This document shows positions 62,056 through 64,000 of a DNA stretch of 64,000 bases, one piece after another. The stretch lies in NCBI GenBank assembly GCA_041919915.1, contig JAYRSY010000006.1, positions 35,238-99,237 on the forward strand, read 5' to 3'. Under the pieces are notes generated by a model. It saw nothing but the letters and a program-made list of their open reading frames with translations. It had not been told where the DNA came from and ran no database searches. The translations under genes and the position numbers were made by a program. Each line of letters starts with the position of its first letter. Positions within the stretch are counted from its first letter, which is position 1. The DNA is from Lysobacteraceae bacterium (GTDB lineage Bacteria; Pseudomonadota; Gammaproteobacteria; Xanthomonadales; Xanthomonadaceae).

Positions 62056-62991
62056 TCAGACGTCCGTCAGCCAGGCCGACGACCAACTGCTCTCGCCACG
62101 CACGGTGCGCGCGTAGACCGCGGCGATCTCGCGGGCGACGGGACTCTGCGGATCGTAGGCGCGCCCGTCGATCTCGCCGATCGGCGTCACCTCCGCCGCG
62201 GTGCCGCAGGCGAAGACTTCGTCGGCGTTGTGCAGTTCCTCCAGACTCACCGGTCGCGATTCGGCGCCGATCAGCCGGATCAGGGTGTCGCGGGTGATGC
62301 CGGGCAGCGCATCGCGATGCTCGACCGCGGTCACCCGGCCGTCGCGGACGACGAAGAGATTGGCGCCGGTGCACTCGACCACGAAGCCGGCATCGTCGAC
62401 GAACATCGCTTCGTCGAAGCCGCGCGCCTTCACTTCGCGCTTGGCCAGGATCGAATTGACGTAGGCGCCGCACAGTTTCAGCGGCGGCAGCGAGGAGGCC
62501 GGATTGCGCCGCCACGACGACACCGCCACCCGGGTGCGATTGCCGCCCAGATGCACGTTCGTCGAGGAGGTCGCGACCATCAGATGCTGCGGATGACCGG
62601 CCACATCCAGACCGAAGCCGCCGTCGCCGTACCAGGCCAGCGGACGGATGTAGGCGTCGCCCTGGCGGTTCGCGCGCAGCGTCGCCAGCACCGCGTCGGT
62701 CGCCTGGGCGACATCGAAGGTCATGCCCAGCAGTTCGGCGCCCTTGCGCATGCGCTCCAGGTGCTCGGGCAGGCGGAACACCGCCGCGCCGCGACGCGTG
62801 GCGTAGGCGCGGATGCCCTCGAACACGCCGCTGCCGTAATGCATCGCATGCGTGTGCACGGTGGCCTGCAGCGTGCCGACGTCGACCAGTTCGCCGTCGT
62901 ACCAGAGTTTCTGCGGTGCCGTCGCCGGCGCCGCCTGCGATGTCGCGGCGGGCGCGGGGCGTTCCAGCGTGGCGCTGTCGTTCAGAGACAT
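62056..62991 (-). CDS. ilvE: branched-chain amino acid aminotransferase (class IV)
   Basis: Inside ORF 62056..63843. [13 protein letters not shown]..., [16 protein letters not shown] and GITRDT motifs. Confidence 0.9.
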   Translation of the reverse strand: MSLNDSATLERPAPAATSQAAPATAPQKLWYDGELVDVGTLQATVHTHAMHYGSGVFEGIRAYATRRGAAVFRLPEHLERMRKGAELLGMTFDVAQATDAVLATLRANRQGDAYIRPLAWYGDGGFGLDVAGHPQHLMVATSSTNVHLGGNRTRVAVSSWRRNPASSLPPLKLCGAYVNSILAKREVKARGFDEAMFVDDAGFVVECTGANLFVVRDGRVTAVEHRDALPGITRDTLIRLIGAESRPVSLEELHNADEVFACGTAAEVTPIGEIDGRAYDPQSPVAREIAAVYARTVRGESSWSSAWLTDV

Positions 62992-63218
62992 GGCTGCACC
63001 TGCACGTCGAGGCAGTCGTAGAGTTTGGCGAGCTGCTGATGCAGGCCGTCGGCGGAGCGGTCGCCCTCCACGGTCATCTGCAGATGCCAGCGATCGCCGT
63101 CGGCGCGGGTTTCGCCTTCGACCGCCAGCGGGCGGAAGCCGCGGCGTTCGGCGGTGCCGAGCACCCGGGTGAGCGCGCCTTCGGACTGGCGCAGGGTGAG
63201 ATCGAGTCGGTAGCGCAT
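62982..63218 (-). CDS. ilvM: acetolactate synthase small (regulatory) subunit, IlvM-like
   Basis: 78 aa. LTRVLGTAERRGF resembles E. coli IlvM LERVLRVVRHRGF. It lies directly after the ALS large-subunit gene. Confidence 0.75.
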   Translation of the reverse strand: MRYRLDLTLRQSEGALTRVLGTAERRGFRPLAVEGETRADGDRWHLQMTVEGDRSADGLHQQLAKLYDCLDVQVQPCL

Positions 63219-63227
63219 GGAGATCTC

Positions 63228-64000
63228 CTACGACGAAGTGGGGAGGGAAGCGGGTGCGAGTGCGGATGCGGTCGGCGCCGCGGAGGCGGGCGTGCCCGCG
63301 GGCGCGATCGGCAGGGCGATGCGATCGAGCGACGTCGCTTCGTCCGCATCCATCATTTCGGTGTTGTTGCGGTTCGGCGGCACCAGCGGCCACACGTTCG
63401 CGGCCTGGTCGATGGCGACGTGCAGCAGCGCCGGGCCATCGATCGCGAGCAGCGCCTGCAGGGTGGCTTCCATGTCCGCGGCGCGGTCCAGCTTCAGCGT
63501 CTTCACGCCGAAAGCCTGCGCCAGCGCGCAGAAATCCGGGTTGTCGCTCAGATCGATCTCGGAATAGCGGCGCTCGAAGAACAGTTCCTGCCACTGCCGC
63601 ACCATGCCCAGCGCCTGGTTGTCGAGCAGAACGATCTTCACCGGCAACCGATAGCGCGCGACCGTGGCCAGCTCCTGCACGTTCATCAGGAACGAACCAT
63701 CGCCGCTGACGCAGATCACCTGCGCCGCCGGGTCCTGCATCTGCGCGCCGATCGCCGCCGGCAGGCCGAAGCCCATCGCGCCGAGCGCGCCGCTGGTGAG
63801 GTGGTCGCGCGGATGATCGAAAGCCCAGTGCTGCGCGACCCACATCTGGTGCTGGCCCACGTCGCAGCAGACGATGGCCGACGGCGCCAGCGCGGTGAGC
63901 CGCTTCAGCAGCGCCGGTGCATAGACCGTATCGCCGGGGGCGTCGTAACGCGGCGCCACCAGTTGTTTCGCGTGCAGGCAGGCGTCGCGCCAGGCATGCC
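63228..64000 (-). CDS. ilvG: acetolactate synthase large subunit (3' part; continues beyond window)
   Basis: ORF 63228..63959 with the frame open to the window edge. ThDP-binding motif GSGDGSFLMNVQELATV...LDNQALGMVRQWQ. Confidence 0.88.
   Translation of the reverse strand, partial: HAWRDACLHAKQLVAPRYDAPGDTVYAPALLKRLTALAPSAIVCCDVGQHQMWVAQHWAFDHPRDHLTSGALGAMGFGLPAAIGAQMQDPAAQVICVSGDGSFLMNVQELATVARYRLPVKIVLLDNQALGMVRQWQELFFERRYSEIDLSDNPDFCALAQAFGVKTLKLDRAADMEATLQALLAIDGPALLHVAIDQAANVWPLVPPNRNNTEMMDADEATSLDRIALPIAPAGTPASAAPTASALAPASLPTSS

Overview
Very GC-rich, gene-dense chromosomal window. Gene content and order suggest a Xanthomonadaceae/Lysobacter-like gammaproteobacterium; this is inferred from tsaD-folB-folK, tolC next to a pcm-like gene, waaA/lpxL, and ilvGM-tdcB-leuA, with no search run. 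I call about 59 protein genes with little intergenic space, nearly all housekeeping. They include: dnaG; rpsU plus a YqeY-like gene; tsaD-folB-folK; cca; slt; a TonB-dependent receptor; panB; groES-groEL; glnE; a yqjD/E/K-like triad; an LPS-core cluster (ELM1-like, GT4, O-antigen ligase, lpxL-like, waaA); tolC; a TetR plus RND efflux pair; thrABC; and an almost gap-free ilvG-ilvM-ilvE-tdcB-leuA-leuC-leuD-leuB string. I saw no rRNA, tRNA, CRISPR array, IS element, integrase or phage genes, and I found no clearly novel multi-gene system. The items most worth a second look are listed here. (1) A secreted protein with a 12-Cys C-terminal domain whose motifs resemble secreted phospholipase A2. (2) A heme-oxygenase-like plus class-III aminotransferase pair that runs off the left edge. 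(3) A Thr/Ile-rich leader peptide with alternative hairpins upstream of thrA. (4) A strong orphan intrinsic terminator about 60 nt upstream of glnE. (5) A small SEC-C motif gene whose reading frame is split over three frames. (6) Low-complexity C-terminal tails on tdcB and leuA that close the intergenic gaps. All family calls are by-eye motif recognition. CDS starts were chosen from the ORF track by residue index. Non-coding coordinates read from the sequence lines may be off by about 1 nt.
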